Origin: Elainellaceae cyanobacterium
GTDB lineage: Bacteria > Cyanobacteriota > Cyanobacteriia > CAKZMO01
Direction of reading: 5' to 3'
NCBI GenBank assembly: GCA_050331615.1
Contig: JBHJGR010000187.1
Location: forward strand, 1,827 to 65,826
Length of the DNA: 64,000 nt
The notes under the pieces are model-generated. The model saw only the letters and a list, made by a program, of their open reading frames with translations. It had not been told where the DNA came from and searched no databases. A program made the position numbers and the translations under genes. This document shows positions 48,285-58,542 of the stretch, piece by piece (within the stretch, counting starts at the first letter, position 1; each line of letters begins with the position of its first letter).

Positions 48285-49811
48285 CTATGCCCCCACCGCT
48301 TCCTTGGCGGCATAAAGGACTTCGGCGCTGATTTCCGAAACGCCGCGATCGCGAGCGAACTTTTCAGTGTTGCGCTTCACCTTGCCGCGCACGAAACCGG
48401 GGATTTTGTTCAGCTCCGCCAGACCGTCCTTGGTCCAGCTCAGGTCGGAGTCGGCGGACATGGTTTTGGTAATCACTTCCTTAGTGTCGTGGCCGCCGAA
48501 GATTTCCAGCAGGTGATCTTCCATGCCCAGGGTAAAGGAGTTGTAGACCAGATCCACCAGGTTGTTTGCCCCCTCGTAGCCCAGGTAGGGGCGATAGCCC
48601 ACCGGGAAGTTCTGGATGTGGATGGGAGCGGCAATCACGCCACAGGGGATATCCAGCCGCTTACCCACGTGGCGCTCCATCTGGGTGCCAAAGATGGCGG
48701 CGGGTTCGATGCGGGCGATCGCATCTCCAATTTCCCCGTTATCCTCGCTGATTAGCACCTCATCACAGTAGCCCTCCACCTGCGCCCGGAACCAGTCGGC
48801 GTCGTACTTACAGTAGGTACCCGCCAGCACCACCTGGATGCCCATCTCGCGGGAGAGAATCCGGGTGAGGGCTGCTGCGTGGGTATTGTCGCCAAACACC
48901 ACCGCTTTCTTGCCCGTCAGGTTCTGACAATCAATGGAGCGGGAAAACCAGGCCGCCTGCGAGACAAAGCGGGTTTGCTCGTCGATGAACGCCTCGTAGT
49001 TTACGTCCGCCCCCTGCTCGTTCAGCACCCGCTGGATCTGGCGGATGCAGCGGGCCGTTTCCACAATGCCCATGGGCGTGATGTCCACGCAGGGAGTGCC
49101 GAATTCCGTTTGCAGGTAGTCCGCCGCCATGTGACCAATTTCCCGGTAGGGCACCAGGTTGAACCAGGCGCGGGAGAGGTGCTTGAGTTCGTGAACGCTG
49201 GCCCCTTCGGGAATGACCGCATTCACGGTGATGCCCAGCTCGCCCATGAGCTTTTTCAGCTCCTTGCAGTCGTGCTGGTTATGGAAGCCCAGGGTGGTGA
49301 CGCCGATTATGTTGACGGACGGGGTAGGGGTTTTGCCCTCTGGCAGGTTGCCTTGCTTGCGGGCTTTCTCGGTATAGAACTGGACGATTTGCTTGAGGGT
49401 GCGATCCGCCGCCTGGAGTTCGTTGACCCGGTAGTGGTTCACGTCTGCCAGCATGACGTCGCCCTTGGCTTCGAACTGGGCGCGATCGCAGAAGTTCTCC
49501 AAGTCTTCCTGCAAAATACTGGAGGTGCAGGTGGGAGTCAGCACAATCAAATCGGGGGTTTCTTCTTTATCTTTGCGGATAATGTTATCTACGACTTTCT
49601 CCTGGGAACCCCGCGCCAGCACATTGCGATCCACGATGCTGGCGGTCACTGGGGTATAGTCCCGCTCCCGCTCCAGCATGGAGCGCATGACGTTGAAGTA
49701 ATCGTCCCCCAGAGGGGCGTGCATAATGGCATGGACGTTCTTAAAGGAACTGGCGACGCGCAGGGTGCCAATGTGGGCGGGGCCTGCATACATCCAGTAG
49801 GCCAATTTCAT
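48285..49811 (-). CDS. chlB: Light-independent protochlorophyllide reductase subunit B.
   Basis: [40 protein letters not shown]-terminus and NifK-like fold throughout. chlL/chlN are not in this window. Confidence 0.93.
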   Translation of the reverse strand: MKLAYWMYAGPAHIGTLRVASSFKNVHAIMHAPLGDDYFNVMRSMLERERDYTPVTASIVDRNVLARGSQEKVVDNIIRKDKEETPDLIVLTPTCTSSILQEDLENFCDRAQFEAKGDVMLADVNHYRVNELQAADRTLKQIVQFYTEKARKQGNLPEGKTPTPSVNIIGVTTLGFHNQHDCKELKKLMGELGITVNAVIPEGASVHELKHLSRAWFNLVPYREIGHMAADYLQTEFGTPCVDITPMGIVETARCIRQIQRVLNEQGADVNYEAFIDEQTRFVSQAAWFSRSIDCQNLTGKKAVVFGDNTHAAALTRILSREMGIQVVLAGTYCKYDADWFRAQVEGYCDEVLISEDNGEIGDAIARIEPAAIFGTQMERHVGKRLDIPCGVIAAPIHIQNFPVGYRPYLGYEGANNLVDLVYNSFTLGMEDHLLEIFGGHDTKEVITKTMSADSDLSWTKDGLAELNKIPGFVRGKVKRNTEKFARDRGVSEISAEVLYAAKEAVGA

Positions 49812-50110
49812 AAAGTGGGTCTCCATAGATTGAGCTACAGCGGCCCAATGAGGTCAAACCGCTCCGAACCCCCGCCAGGGTTTTGCATTCCAAAACTCTG
49901 GCGAGGCTGAATCGGCATCGCAAAGCTGAGGTTAGAGGTTGCTTTTGATTGTCGCAAACCTGGGGAACGGCGGAGCGATCGCTCTTTACCCAATTTTGCG
50001 GGTAGAAAGAGGGGGGGCGATCGCTCAAAGCATCAGCTAGCCATCAGTTCAGCCCTAGAAAATCCTGAATTCAGGTCTCCCAGTCTGACACGATTCTTGA
50101 TTGTTCGTGA

Positions 50111-50178
50111 TATGGCGTTACGCTTTCGCGTTAGGACGTGGGGGATTCGCTCACCAACCCAAGCCCGTAGGGCTATAT
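50111..50178 (-). mobile_element. Copy E of the MITE-like repeat, inverted orientation, both TIR-like ends present but the central hairpin is replaced or degenerate.
   Basis: TATGGCGTTACGCTTTCGCGTTAGGACG...CCCGTAGGGCTATAT. It abuts the stop codon of the 50178..50573 gene. Confidence 0.65.
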
Positions 50179-50573
50179 TAGGACGACTCACGGGGCTGGT
50201 AGTGGGTGCAGCGATCGCACGGTCCCGACGGATTAACGGCACACCGCAGCACTTCCGACCGGGCATTATATCGGCAGGTAATATCCCCCATCACCCAGCG
50301 CCCTTGCCACAGGGTACGCTCGACGGGCGTTTCGACCTTTTGGACATACAGCAGAATTTTGTGGAGCTGGTACCGTCCCCCTTTCAAAAAATAACGGTGT
50401 CGCCGCTCCAGAACGGTGTAGGTCTGTCCGTCTACATCCAGATAGGCTCCCGGTTGGGGATTCCAGTCGAGATGGCGCTGGCCTAAGCTGGTCCGGGGAT
50501 GGTTGAGAACGATTTCGGTCGGTAGGGTTTTCAGCTCCATGACAGATGGATGACAACGGTAAACAGCGGACAA
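50178..50573 (-). CDS. Small hypothetical protein with a Cys-rich C-terminus, flanked by inverted MITE copies.
   Basis: 131-aa ORF (an alternative start is MELKTLPTE). The C-terminus CRYNARSEVLRCAVNPSGPCDRCTHY has four Cys arranged like a metal-binding knuckle. No family recognised. Confidence 0.45.
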   Translation of the reverse strand: MSAVYRCHPSVMELKTLPTEIVLNHPRTSLGQRHLDWNPQPGAYLDVDGQTYTVLERRHRYFLKGGRYQLHKILLYVQKVETPVERTLWQGRWVMGDITCRYNARSEVLRCAVNPSGPCDRCTHYQPRESS

Positions 50574-50620
50574 ACAAATGGGGATGTGCCTGGAAGAGAC
50601 CCATCCCCGCTATCTTTATC

Positions 50621-50714
50621 TATAGTCCTACGGGCTAAGGTTTGCGTGTGGAACCTCCGCGTCGCGGGGGTTCCACACCTCTTGAATGTCCTAACGCGAA
50701 AGCGTAACGCCATA
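50621..50714 (+). mobile_element. Copy F of the MITE-like repeat, full length.
   Basis: TATAGTCCTACGGGCTAAGGTTTGCGTGTGGAACCTCCGCGTCGCGGGGGTTCCACACCTCTTGAATGTCCTAACGCGAAAGCGTAACGCCATA. Confidence 0.75.
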
Positions 50715-50740
50715 CAGGACACAGTCCCAGGTATTGGAGG

Positions 50741-52828
50741 CTACGAAGCAGCCTGGCGCTCCTTCGCTTCCTTAATCACCACCTCAGCCACGTTGCTGGG
50801 GCAGGGGGCGTAGTGGGAGAACGACATGGAGAACTGGCCTCGACCTGAGGTCATGGTCCGCAGGTCACCGATGTAGCCGAACATTTCGCTCAGGGGCACG
50901 TCCGCTTTGATGCGTACGCCGGTCGGGCCGGTGTCTTGAGACTTGATCATGCCGCGGCGGCGGTTGAGGTCACCGATGACGTCGCCCATGTAGTCGTCTG
51001 GGGTGAAGACATCAACGCTCATCACCGGCTCCAGGATTTGCGGGCCAGCCTTGGGTAAAGACTGGCGGTAGGCAGCCTTGGCGGCAATCTCAAAGGCGAT
51101 CGCCGACGAGTCTACCGGGTGAAAGCCGCCGTCCGTCAGCGTCACCTTCAGATCTACCACAGGGAACCCGGCCAGCGGTCCCTTGTCGATGCTGTTCTCG
51201 AAGCCCTTTTGTACGGCAGGCCAGAATTCACGGGGCACGTTACCGCCCGTCACCTTGGACTCGAAGAAGAAGCCGCTGCCCAAATCGCCCGGCTCGACCA
51301 CATAGTCGATCTTGGCGTACTGACCGGAACCACCGGACTGCTTCTTATGGGTGTAGCTGTCCTGGAACACTTTGGTGATGGATTCGCGGTAAGCTACCTG
51401 GGGCTTGCCCACTTCCACCTCGACGCCGTGGGTGCGCTTCAGGATGTCCACTTTGATATCCAGGTGCAGCTCGCCCATGCCCTTGAGAATGGTTTCGCCG
51501 CTTTCCTGATCCGTCTCCACATAGAAGGAGGGGTCTTCCTGCACCATCTTGCTGAGGGCCACGCCCATCTTCTCGTTGTCGCCCTTCTTCTTGGGATAGA
51601 CAGCGACGGAAATCACCGGCTCGGGGAACACCATCGGCTCCAGGGTGGCAGGCTGCTTGGTATCGCAGAGGGTGTGGCCGGTCTGCACATTCTTCAGACC
51701 GACAATGGCAACGATGTCGCCCGCCTGGGCCCAGTCCACCTCTTCCCGAGAGTTGGCGTGCATTTCCACCAGACGGCCAATGCGCTCGGTCTTGCCGGTG
51801 GCGGTATTGAGCACGGTGTCGCCCTTGTGGATCTGGCCGGAGTAGATGCGGGTGAAGGTGAGGGCACCGAAGCGATCGTCCATGATCTTAAAGGCGAGCG
51901 ATCGCAGCGGTTTCTCAGGGTCAACATAGGCATAGCTGCCCGTCTCGTTGCCCTCCAGGTCGATCTCCGGCTGGGGCTTCACTTCCATTGGGTTGGGCAA
52001 ATAGTCCACCACCGCATCCAGCACCAGCTGCACGCCCTTATTCTTAAAGGAAGAGCCGCAGTAGGTGGGGAAGAAGGACAGGTTGATCGTCCCTTTGCGG
52101 ACGCAGCGCTTGATGTCGTCAACGCTCAGCTCTTCCCCTTCCAGGTATTTCTCCATCATCTCGTCGTCCTGCTCCAGGGCGGTTTCGATGAGTTCCTGCC
52201 GGTAGGTCTCAACGTCATCGACCATGTCGGCGGGCACGTCCTGAATTTCGTAGTTCAGCGGGTCGCCAGACTCATCCCAGACCCAAGCCTTACGGGTAAG
52301 CAGATCCACCAAGCCAACAAACTCGTTCTCGCGACCGATGGGCAGCACCATTACCAGAGGCTTGGCTGCCAGCACGGAGTCAATCTGCTTCACGACCCGG
52401 AAGAAGTCGGCTCCGGTGCGGTCCAGCTTGTTGACGTAGATGATGCGAGCCACCTTGGAGTCGTTGGCGTAGCGCCAGTTTGTCTCAGACTGGGGCTCCA
52501 CGCCGCCCGATCCGCAAAAAACACCGATGCCACCGTCCAGCACCTTCAGAGAACGATACACCTCAATCGTGAAATCGACGTGCCCAGGGGTGTCAATAAT
52601 GTTAAGCTGGTGCTCCTTCCAGAAGCAGGAGGTGGCGGCAGACTGAATCGTGATCCCCCGCTCCTGCTCCTGCTCCATGAAGTCGGTGGTAGCCGCACCT
52701 TCATGCACCTCACCAATTTTGTGGATTTTACCCGTCAATTTCAGGATTCGTTCGGTTGTGGTGGTCTTTCCGGCGTCTACGTGGGCAAAGATACCGATGT
52801 TTCGATAGCGCGTGATGTCTTTTTGCAT
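50741..52828 (-). CDS. fusA: Elongation factor G paralog (EF-G2-like), not in an str operon context.
   Basis: [18 protein letters not shown] (G1), DTPGHVDF (G3), NKLD (G4), and full five-domain length of 695 aa. No rpsL/rpsG/tuf are adjacent. Confidence 0.9.
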   Translation of the reverse strand: MQKDITRYRNIGIFAHVDAGKTTTTERILKLTGKIHKIGEVHEGAATTDFMEQEQERGITIQSAATSCFWKEHQLNIIDTPGHVDFTIEVYRSLKVLDGGIGVFCGSGGVEPQSETNWRYANDSKVARIIYVNKLDRTGADFFRVVKQIDSVLAAKPLVMVLPIGRENEFVGLVDLLTRKAWVWDESGDPLNYEIQDVPADMVDDVETYRQELIETALEQDDEMMEKYLEGEELSVDDIKRCVRKGTINLSFFPTYCGSSFKNKGVQLVLDAVVDYLPNPMEVKPQPEIDLEGNETGSYAYVDPEKPLRSLAFKIMDDRFGALTFTRIYSGQIHKGDTVLNTATGKTERIGRLVEMHANSREEVDWAQAGDIVAIVGLKNVQTGHTLCDTKQPATLEPMVFPEPVISVAVYPKKKGDNEKMGVALSKMVQEDPSFYVETDQESGETILKGMGELHLDIKVDILKRTHGVEVEVGKPQVAYRESITKVFQDSYTHKKQSGGSGQYAKIDYVVEPGDLGSGFFFESKVTGGNVPREFWPAVQKGFENSIDKGPLAGFPVVDLKVTLTDGGFHPVDSSAIAFEIAAKAAYRQSLPKAGPQILEPVMSVDVFTPDDYMGDVIGDLNRRRGMIKSQDTGPTGVRIKADVPLSEMFGYIGDLRTMTSGRGQFSMSFSHYAPCPSNVAEVVIKEAKERQAAS

Positions 52829-53451
52829 ATCTGCTCTCTGTTTCAGTGCGACAAATCCAAATCATTGGTGATCGCCCCCAGGTTACCAGCCCTAGAGGGA
52901 ATCGGTGTTGCCTTTGTAGCCATGGCGAATCGAGTCTCAATCACGCGGAACATGACTTGAAGTCTTTTCGTGGCTATGGCGACAGCGCCAACTTTTAAAC
53001 GATTGTAAAATACCTCCTCACCTAGGTGGAAGAGGGAGGGATATTCTGATACTCATTTAGTCTATCGAATTGCTCTGCCCCATCTTGGGGCAGAAAACCG
53101 AATCGGTCTGACGGTAGACAGAGCCAGTCTAAAAATCTCTTCTGTAGAAGTTCCCAGGCCGATCGCCTTAAACATGGAAGCGGGGGTCGCCCCTACAGGC
53201 TGCGGAGGGAATGCCCCATAGAGAATTGCCCCAATCCCTAACGGGAAATTGGGGCACGTTGTCGTCTCTCAGGTGGTCATCCCAGGTGAAGAATCCTAAA
53301 GAGGTGCTGATGGCGTTACTAAGGGGCACCCTAGGGGTGCTGTCACGCTCGTCTCTTAAGCTTTATCCGGGCTCTGTATGAGGATTCATCGGCACGCTAG
53401 ACGATTACGGATTACGGCAGCAAAACTTGAAGAATTTATTTGGGTCGAAGA

Positions 53452-54153
53452 TTACTGCCGTTTGCATTCTGGTCTTGCTGCTCCGACGCATTCCGGCCCT
53501 GCTGCTGACGGCGCGCTGGATTGGTCCCGTCTATGATTGGCCAGAAGTTTGGTTATCAGGGAACGGCTCTGGGACGCTTGATCGTCGTACAGCCAGGGGC
53601 GATCGCGCCGGTCTTCAACCCCATCTTCTATCGCACCAGGAAGCGGCAGGGCCTCATTGCTAGTAGCTTGAAGGGTGGCATCGTCCCCCTTCTCTTCTTT
53701 CCACCACATCACGATGGATTTGACGGCCTGCAAAAACTTGACGAAGCGACCGGGCAGCGATAAGAAACTCCAGCGAGACTGCTCTTCGTCTTCCAAATCC
53801 GCAAACGGCTCAAAGGCGTCCGTCAGGCGATCCAGGTTAATCGCCATCGTCCGAATCTCATGCTCCAGTTCCGAGACAATCTGCTGCCGGTCCTGGGAGA
53901 GCTGCTGCTTTTCGGCAGTGAGCTGTTGGATCATGTCCTGAAGCCGATTGACGCTGGTCTTCAGCTCCAGCTTGTCCTGCTTGTGGCGATCGTTCCACCA
54001 GACAAGCTGCGCTCGACTGCGGTTGGTGAAGATCAAGCACTCCCGCATCTCGACAGACAGGGCGTCCGCTTCTAGCCGCTCCAGGCCACCAATGGTTTTG
54101 GGAAATTCTGTGGCTGATCGAAATCGGGCCTGGGATTGATCAGGCGTCGTCAT
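53452..54153 (-). CDS. Hypothetical coiled-coil protein.
   Basis: 233-aa ORF with a long heptad-like Gln/Glu/Leu-rich central region. No family recognised. Confidence 0.45.
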   Translation of the reverse strand: MTTPDQSQARFRSATEFPKTIGGLERLEADALSVEMRECLIFTNRSRAQLVWWNDRHKQDKLELKTSVNRLQDMIQQLTAEKQQLSQDRQQIVSELEHEIRTMAINLDRLTDAFEPFADLEDEEQSRWSFLSLPGRFVKFLQAVKSIVMWWKEEKGDDATLQATSNEALPLPGAIEDGVEDRRDRPWLYDDQASQSRSLITKLLANHRRDQSSAPSAAGPECVGAARPECKRQ

Positions 54154-54356
54154 ACTAAACTCCTCGTATCAACTGCTGCTGCACCCTGTCGCCGTTGAAA
54201 CTCTTTTGGATCAGGAGGAAGAGTTTTCCCTTGGAGAAACTTTTCCCAAATTCTATCGAACCGGAATTGCCGGGTCCTGAGTTGCTGATTTCGGCGAAGT
54301 CCAGCCTAACTCATCAGGCATTAAACGGGCGGGGTTGGCAAAGTTATCGTTGTACG

Positions 54357-55418
54357 ATGGGTAGATTTCTGATGACCGACATTGACCTAGACCGCCTCTT
54401 TCAGACCATTCAGGAGTTAGTCCTGCTTCATTCCCCCAGCGGGGCCGAAGAGGAAATCGATCGCTTCCTGATGCAGCGCTTTGCCGACCTGGGTGTAGAA
54501 GCCTGGCAGGACAGTGCCGGTAACGCCATTGCCCGACTGCCCGGACAGGACGACAGCCGGGCGATCGCCATCACGGCCCACAAAGACGAGATTGGCGGCA
54601 TTGTCAAAACCGTGCATCCTGGCAATGGTCAGGTGGAGGTACGGCGGCTGGGGGGCGCTTTCCCTTGGGTGTATGGGGAGGGGGTGGTGGACTTGCTGGG
54701 CGATCGCCAGGTTCTCAGCGGCATCCTCAGCTTTGGCTCGCGCCACGTCTCCCACGAGTCACCCCAAAAAGCCCAGCAGGAGGACAAGCCCCTGAAATGG
54801 GAGGACGCCTGGGTAGAGACCAAGCGCACGGCAGAGGAATTAGCGGCGGCGGGCATCCGTCCCGGCACGCGGATGGTGGTGGGCAAGCACCGCAAGCGCC
54901 CTTTCCGGCTGGGGGACTACATCGCCAGCTACACCCTGGACAACAAGGCGTCAGTTGCAATTCTCCTGCATCTGGCGGCCTACCTATCGACCCCTGCAAT
55001 CGATACCTACCTGGTCGCTTCCGCCAAAGAAGAGGTGGGGGCAGTGGGTGCCCTCTACTTCACCCAGCGACAGTCCCTGGATGCCCTGATTGCTCTGGAA
55101 ATCTGCCCCCTGTCCGCCGAATATCCGGTTGAGGACGGCGAAGCGCCCGTGCTGCTGTCTCAGGACGGCTATGGCCTGTATGACGAAATCCTCAACAGCC
55201 AGCTACGCCAGGTGGCCCAGCAGCAGCAAATTCCCCTCCAGCTTGCGGCCATTAGCGGCTTTGGCAGCGACGGCTCTATCGCCATGAAGTCAGGACACGT
55301 CGGTCGGGCCGCCTGCCTCAGCTTTCCCACCCAGAACACCCACGGCTATGAAATTGCCCATCTGGGGGCAATCGCCAACTGTATCCGGCTGCTGGAGGCT
55401 TTCTGCGGTACACCCTAA
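54357..55418 (+). CDS. M42 family peptidase (glutamyl aminopeptidase / FrvX-like).
   Basis: LHSPSGAEEEI, AHKDEIGGIV, and the metal-ligand blocks resemble the M42 (endoglucanase-like aminopeptidase) pattern. The ATG at 54357 is preferred over the TTG track start at 54195. Confidence 0.65.
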   Translation: MGRFLMTDIDLDRLFQTIQELVLLHSPSGAEEEIDRFLMQRFADLGVEAWQDSAGNAIARLPGQDDSRAIAITAHKDEIGGIVKTVHPGNGQVEVRRLGGAFPWVYGEGVVDLLGDRQVLSGILSFGSRHVSHESPQKAQQEDKPLKWEDAWVETKRTAEELAAAGIRPGTRMVVGKHRKRPFRLGDYIASYTLDNKASVAILLHLAAYLSTPAIDTYLVASAKEEVGAVGALYFTQRQSLDALIALEICPLSAEYPVEDGEAPVLLSQDGYGLYDEILNSQLRQVAQQQQIPLQLAAISGFGSDGSIAMKSGHVGRAACLSFPTQNTHGYEIAHLGAIANCIRLLEAFCGTP

Positions 55419-56128
55419 CGGCTCTCAGTCCAGCGGGCACGATAGCCGCGATTATCTATCCGAACAGAAGTGCTGGTGCTGGCCAGTCCGCCCCTGGACC
55501 CCCACCAGGGGTCGAGGCGCTGCTGTACCTCGGCTGGAGAGACGCCCGCGATGCGGAAATCCACGGCTCCCCCCGTGAGGTAGTAGCTGCGGTCAGGGCC
55601 ACCGAGGCGGCGATTGGTGGCCGGATCGCGGTACCAGGAGAGGATGGTGACGGGGCGATCGCCAAATAGCTCACGCACTTCCTGAAGGACATCCGCCATA
55701 TAGAGAATGTTGTCCACCACACCACGGATCACCGGCATGCGGTTGCCGTTTTTAGTGGCCTCGGCCCAGGTAAAGTTCCCCGCCCTGAGGATGGGATCGG
55801 GCAGGTAAAAAATGCTGCGATAGCCAGGGAGCTTGAATCCTTGAGCATAGGGCTGGGCCGGTGGGGGATCTTCCTCGTCCTGGGGATCGGGGTCGGGCGG
55901 ACGGCCTTCCCGCGCCATGTGCTCGCTGTAAACGTACCAGGTATCTTTTTCCTGCGGACCTATGGGGGCAGCAAACACGGCCCGGACGTGGCGAAACGGT
56001 GCCGCGTCAACTTCGACCACCTCAAAGTCACTGCCCTGGCGGACTAGAAATTTCTCTGCATCCGCAAGTTCGCGGCTGGGTCGGATGCTGAGCCTAAAGA
56101 TGGTGTCGCTCAGGACAGTGAGTTTCAT
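55415..56128 (-). CDS. Peptidase M15-like (D-Ala-D-Ala carboxypeptidase family metallohydrolase).
   Basis: FTWAEATKNG...ILSWYRDPATNRRLGGPDRSYYLTGGAVDFRI resembles the Peptidase_M15_3 zinc-binding pattern (H...D...H). Confidence 0.55.
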   Translation of the reverse strand: MKLTVLSDTIFRLSIRPSRELADAEKFLVRQGSDFEVVEVDAAPFRHVRAVFAAPIGPQEKDTWYVYSEHMAREGRPPDPDPQDEEDPPPAQPYAQGFKLPGYRSIFYLPDPILRAGNFTWAEATKNGNRMPVIRGVVDNILYMADVLQEVRELFGDRPVTILSWYRDPATNRRLGGPDRSYYLTGGAVDFRIAGVSPAEVQQRLDPWWGSRGGLASTSTSVRIDNRGYRARWTESR

Positions 56129-56262
56129 AAAGTGCCCCATGAGTCGTGACCGGAGAACGTCAAGCTCATCATAGAGGGCTGGTGGCAGAGTTGAAGCCGC
56201 GCAGTTAGTGAGGTTAAATATTTGTAGCGTTATTTAATCCTCTGTGAGGATTTTATCCCTTT

Positions 56263-56556
56263 ATGCCTCCCCGCTGGCCCCGACAGCCCGACCGCAAAGA
56301 CCCGGCCTTCCGGCGCTTGGATGACCGCATGACCTTCGCCACCCACGTCGCCATCTTTGCAGCCACTAACTCCGGCCTCTGGTTTTTCCGCCTGGTCAAT
56401 TTTCCCACCTGGACCTGGGTGGGCTGGGTGACGCCCATCTGGCTGGCGGCACTGGTGGGTCATGGAGTGTATGTTTTTGCGATCGCCGACTACTCCCAAC
56501 CCCAGCCCCAGCCGACCAAACCCAAGGGCTTCGCCAAAGACAAATCGTCCTCATGA
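56263..56556 (+). CDS. Small 2-TM membrane protein.
   Basis: Two hydrophobic helices (FATHVAIFAATNSGLWFF; WVTPIWLAALVGHGVYVFAI). The start may be MTFATH at 56329. Confidence 0.45.
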   Translation: MPPRWPRQPDRKDPAFRRLDDRMTFATHVAIFAATNSGLWFFRLVNFPTWTWVGWVTPIWLAALVGHGVYVFAIADYSQPQPQPTKPKGFAKDKSSS

Positions 56557-56633
56557 AGGTTGGAGTTCCTGCCCCATCTCTGCGTCAATGGGGCTGTCAT
56601 TCTCTCATTTGCTGAAACCAGGAGGAATTTGTC

Positions 56634-56942
56634 ATGGCCTACTCTAGCACCACCGAAGCGATTGAAAAGCTGGCGGCAGAAATTGGCGACAAAGTCTATA
56701 TCGACGTTGCCAAGTGGCATCTATACCTGCAGGATGCCCATCTGCACACCCCCCTCGCCGAAAAGCTCCATCCCATGCTGATCGAGGGGGAGGTGGAAGA
56801 AGTCCAGGTGGCTGATGTCCTCGCCAGCATTCCCGTCAAGCTGGGCGGCGGCCAGCGGGAGCTGCCCCTGTCAGACCTGATTCCTCCCGCCGTCAAGACC
56901 GATCTGCTGCAAATTCTGGAAGACTATCGGCGGCAAATGTAG
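56634..56942 (+). CDS. Conserved cyanobacterial hypothetical protein (DUF3181-like).
   Basis: 102-aa acidic protein; MAYSSTTEAIEKLAAEIGDKVYIDVAKWHLYL resembles a family seen across cyanobacteria. Tentative. Confidence 0.5.
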   Translation: MAYSSTTEAIEKLAAEIGDKVYIDVAKWHLYLQDAHLHTPLAEKLHPMLIEGEVEEVQVADVLASIPVKLGGGQRELPLSDLIPPAVKTDLLQILEDYRRQM

Positions 56943-56956
56943 ACTACTCCCTGGCC

Positions 56957-57451
56957 ATGCCGTTTCACCTGCCGCCCCCCGTCCTCAACCATCCGGAATA
57001 TTTGCGCCACTACCGCTGGATGGGTCGGGCGATCGCCCTAGCAGAAACTGCGGGTCTAGCAGGAGAAGTGCCCGTGGGCGCGGTCGTGGTGGATCAGCAT
57101 GATCAGGTGATCGCCGAGGGGGAAAATCGGCGAGAGCGGGACCACGACCCCACCGCCCATGCGGAAATTGTGGCCCTGCGGGCGGCGGGGCAGGTCCGTC
57201 AGTCCTGGCGGCTCAACGACTGTACCCTATATGTGACGCTGGAACCCTGCCCCATGTGTGCGGGGGCGATCGCCCAGGCCCGGTTGGGAAAGCTGGTCTA
57301 CGGTGCAGATGACCTGAAGGCGGGGGCGGTGCGCACCGTCATGAATATTCCAGACAGTGCCTGTTCCTACCATCGTCTGCCCGTGGTTGGCGGCATTTTA
57401 GAGGGAACCTGCCGCCACCAGCTTCAGATGTGGTTTGGGCAGCGGCGGTGA
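56957..57451 (+). CDS. tadA: tRNA-specific adenosine deaminase.
   Basis: The CDA zinc motifs HAEIVALR and TLEPCPMCAGAI. Confidence 0.9.
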   Translation: MPFHLPPPVLNHPEYLRHYRWMGRAIALAETAGLAGEVPVGAVVVDQHDQVIAEGENRRERDHDPTAHAEIVALRAAGQVRQSWRLNDCTLYVTLEPCPMCAGAIAQARLGKLVYGADDLKAGAVRTVMNIPDSACSYHRLPVVGGILEGTCRHQLQMWFGQRR

Positions 57452-57695
57452 GGGGATGCGGTAAGTTCCTAATCCAAGGCGATTTCCAGAAAAAATTCTA
57501 CCCCTAGTTAAACGGTCAGTAGGGGCAAATGACCGTTTGCCCTTGCGTCATCGGGTAGTCTGGTGCACTAAGGTTTGACAGGACGCCGCGAAAAGTGGCA
57601 TTGAATAGTGGGGAAGCTAAAACGGGAACAGTAAGGTTGTAGCTAAGTACTACTGAGACAACGTTTCCTATTCAAGCTAATTTACCTACAAGTCA

Positions 57696-58463
57696 ATGGT
57701 TTCGCTTAACCCATTAACTATGGCAAGTTCCCTGGCCACCAAACCCACCGCCGAGATCAATTCCCGCATATCGCCGTGGCTGATGCCGCTGGTTTATCCC
57801 CTCGGCTGTCAGGTCGTGATTCCCTCCTATTTTGGTAATATGCAAATTTCTGGGCAGGAACACCTGCCCACCGATGGCCCGGTGATTCTTGCCCCCACTC
57901 ACCGCTCCCGCTGGGATGCCCTGCTCGTACCGTTTGCCACTGGTCGTCGCGCCACCGGACGGGATCTGCGCTTCATGGTCTCCGCCAATGAAATGAAGGG
58001 CGTCCAGGGGTGGCTAATCCGGCGGTTGGGAGGATTCCCGGTGGATCCCAAGCAGCCTGCGATCGCCAGCCTGCGCTACGGCGTCGATGTCCTGCGGGAT
58101 GGCCAGATGATGGTCATTTTCCCCGAGGGAGGCATCTTTCGCGATCGGGAGCTGCATCCGCTGAAGCCAGGACTGGCCCGCCTCGCCATTCAGGCCGAAA
58201 GTGCTCAACCAGGATTGGGCGCGCAGGTGGTGCCGATGGACATGCGCTACGCCGAACCCAAACCGGGCTGGGGTTGCGATGTAGAAATCCGCATTGGCTC
58301 GCCCCTCCAGGTTGCTGATTATTTCCCCAGCCAGGCTGACAGCCCTAGCTGCCCCCGCGATACGAAGGAAGCCGCTCGACGGCTAACGGCAGATTTGGAA
58401 GGGGCGATCGCCCGCTTAGGAGGATACGCCTGCCCCCGACGGTCAAGTCGAGCGGCAACCTAG
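57696..58463 (+). CDS. plsC: 1-acyl-sn-glycerol-3-phosphate acyltransferase-like (lysophospholipid acyltransferase).
   Basis: H(X)4D acyltransferase motif APTHRSRWDALL, FPEGG block, N-terminal hydrophobic anchor. Confidence 0.8.
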   Translation: MVSLNPLTMASSLATKPTAEINSRISPWLMPLVYPLGCQVVIPSYFGNMQISGQEHLPTDGPVILAPTHRSRWDALLVPFATGRRATGRDLRFMVSANEMKGVQGWLIRRLGGFPVDPKQPAIASLRYGVDVLRDGQMMVIFPEGGIFRDRELHPLKPGLARLAIQAESAQPGLGAQVVPMDMRYAEPKPGWGCDVEIRIGSPLQVADYFPSQADSPSCPRDTKEAARRLTADLEGAIARLGGYACPRRSSRAAT

Positions 58464-58542
58464 TTCTGCTCTGAGCTTCCGCACTTCCCTGACGGTTGCC
58501 TGTGCCCAACGGTAGACCTCCACCGACGTTTGTCTCAGCAGC

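Noticed and set aside
48879-49910. 343-aa plus-strand ORF opposite chlB
   Set aside because: chlB on the minus strand is unambiguous.
51119-52960. 613-aa plus-strand ORF overlapping the EF-G gene
   Set aside because: It is antisense to an unambiguous EF-G with G1-G4 motifs and has shadow-ORF amino-acid composition.
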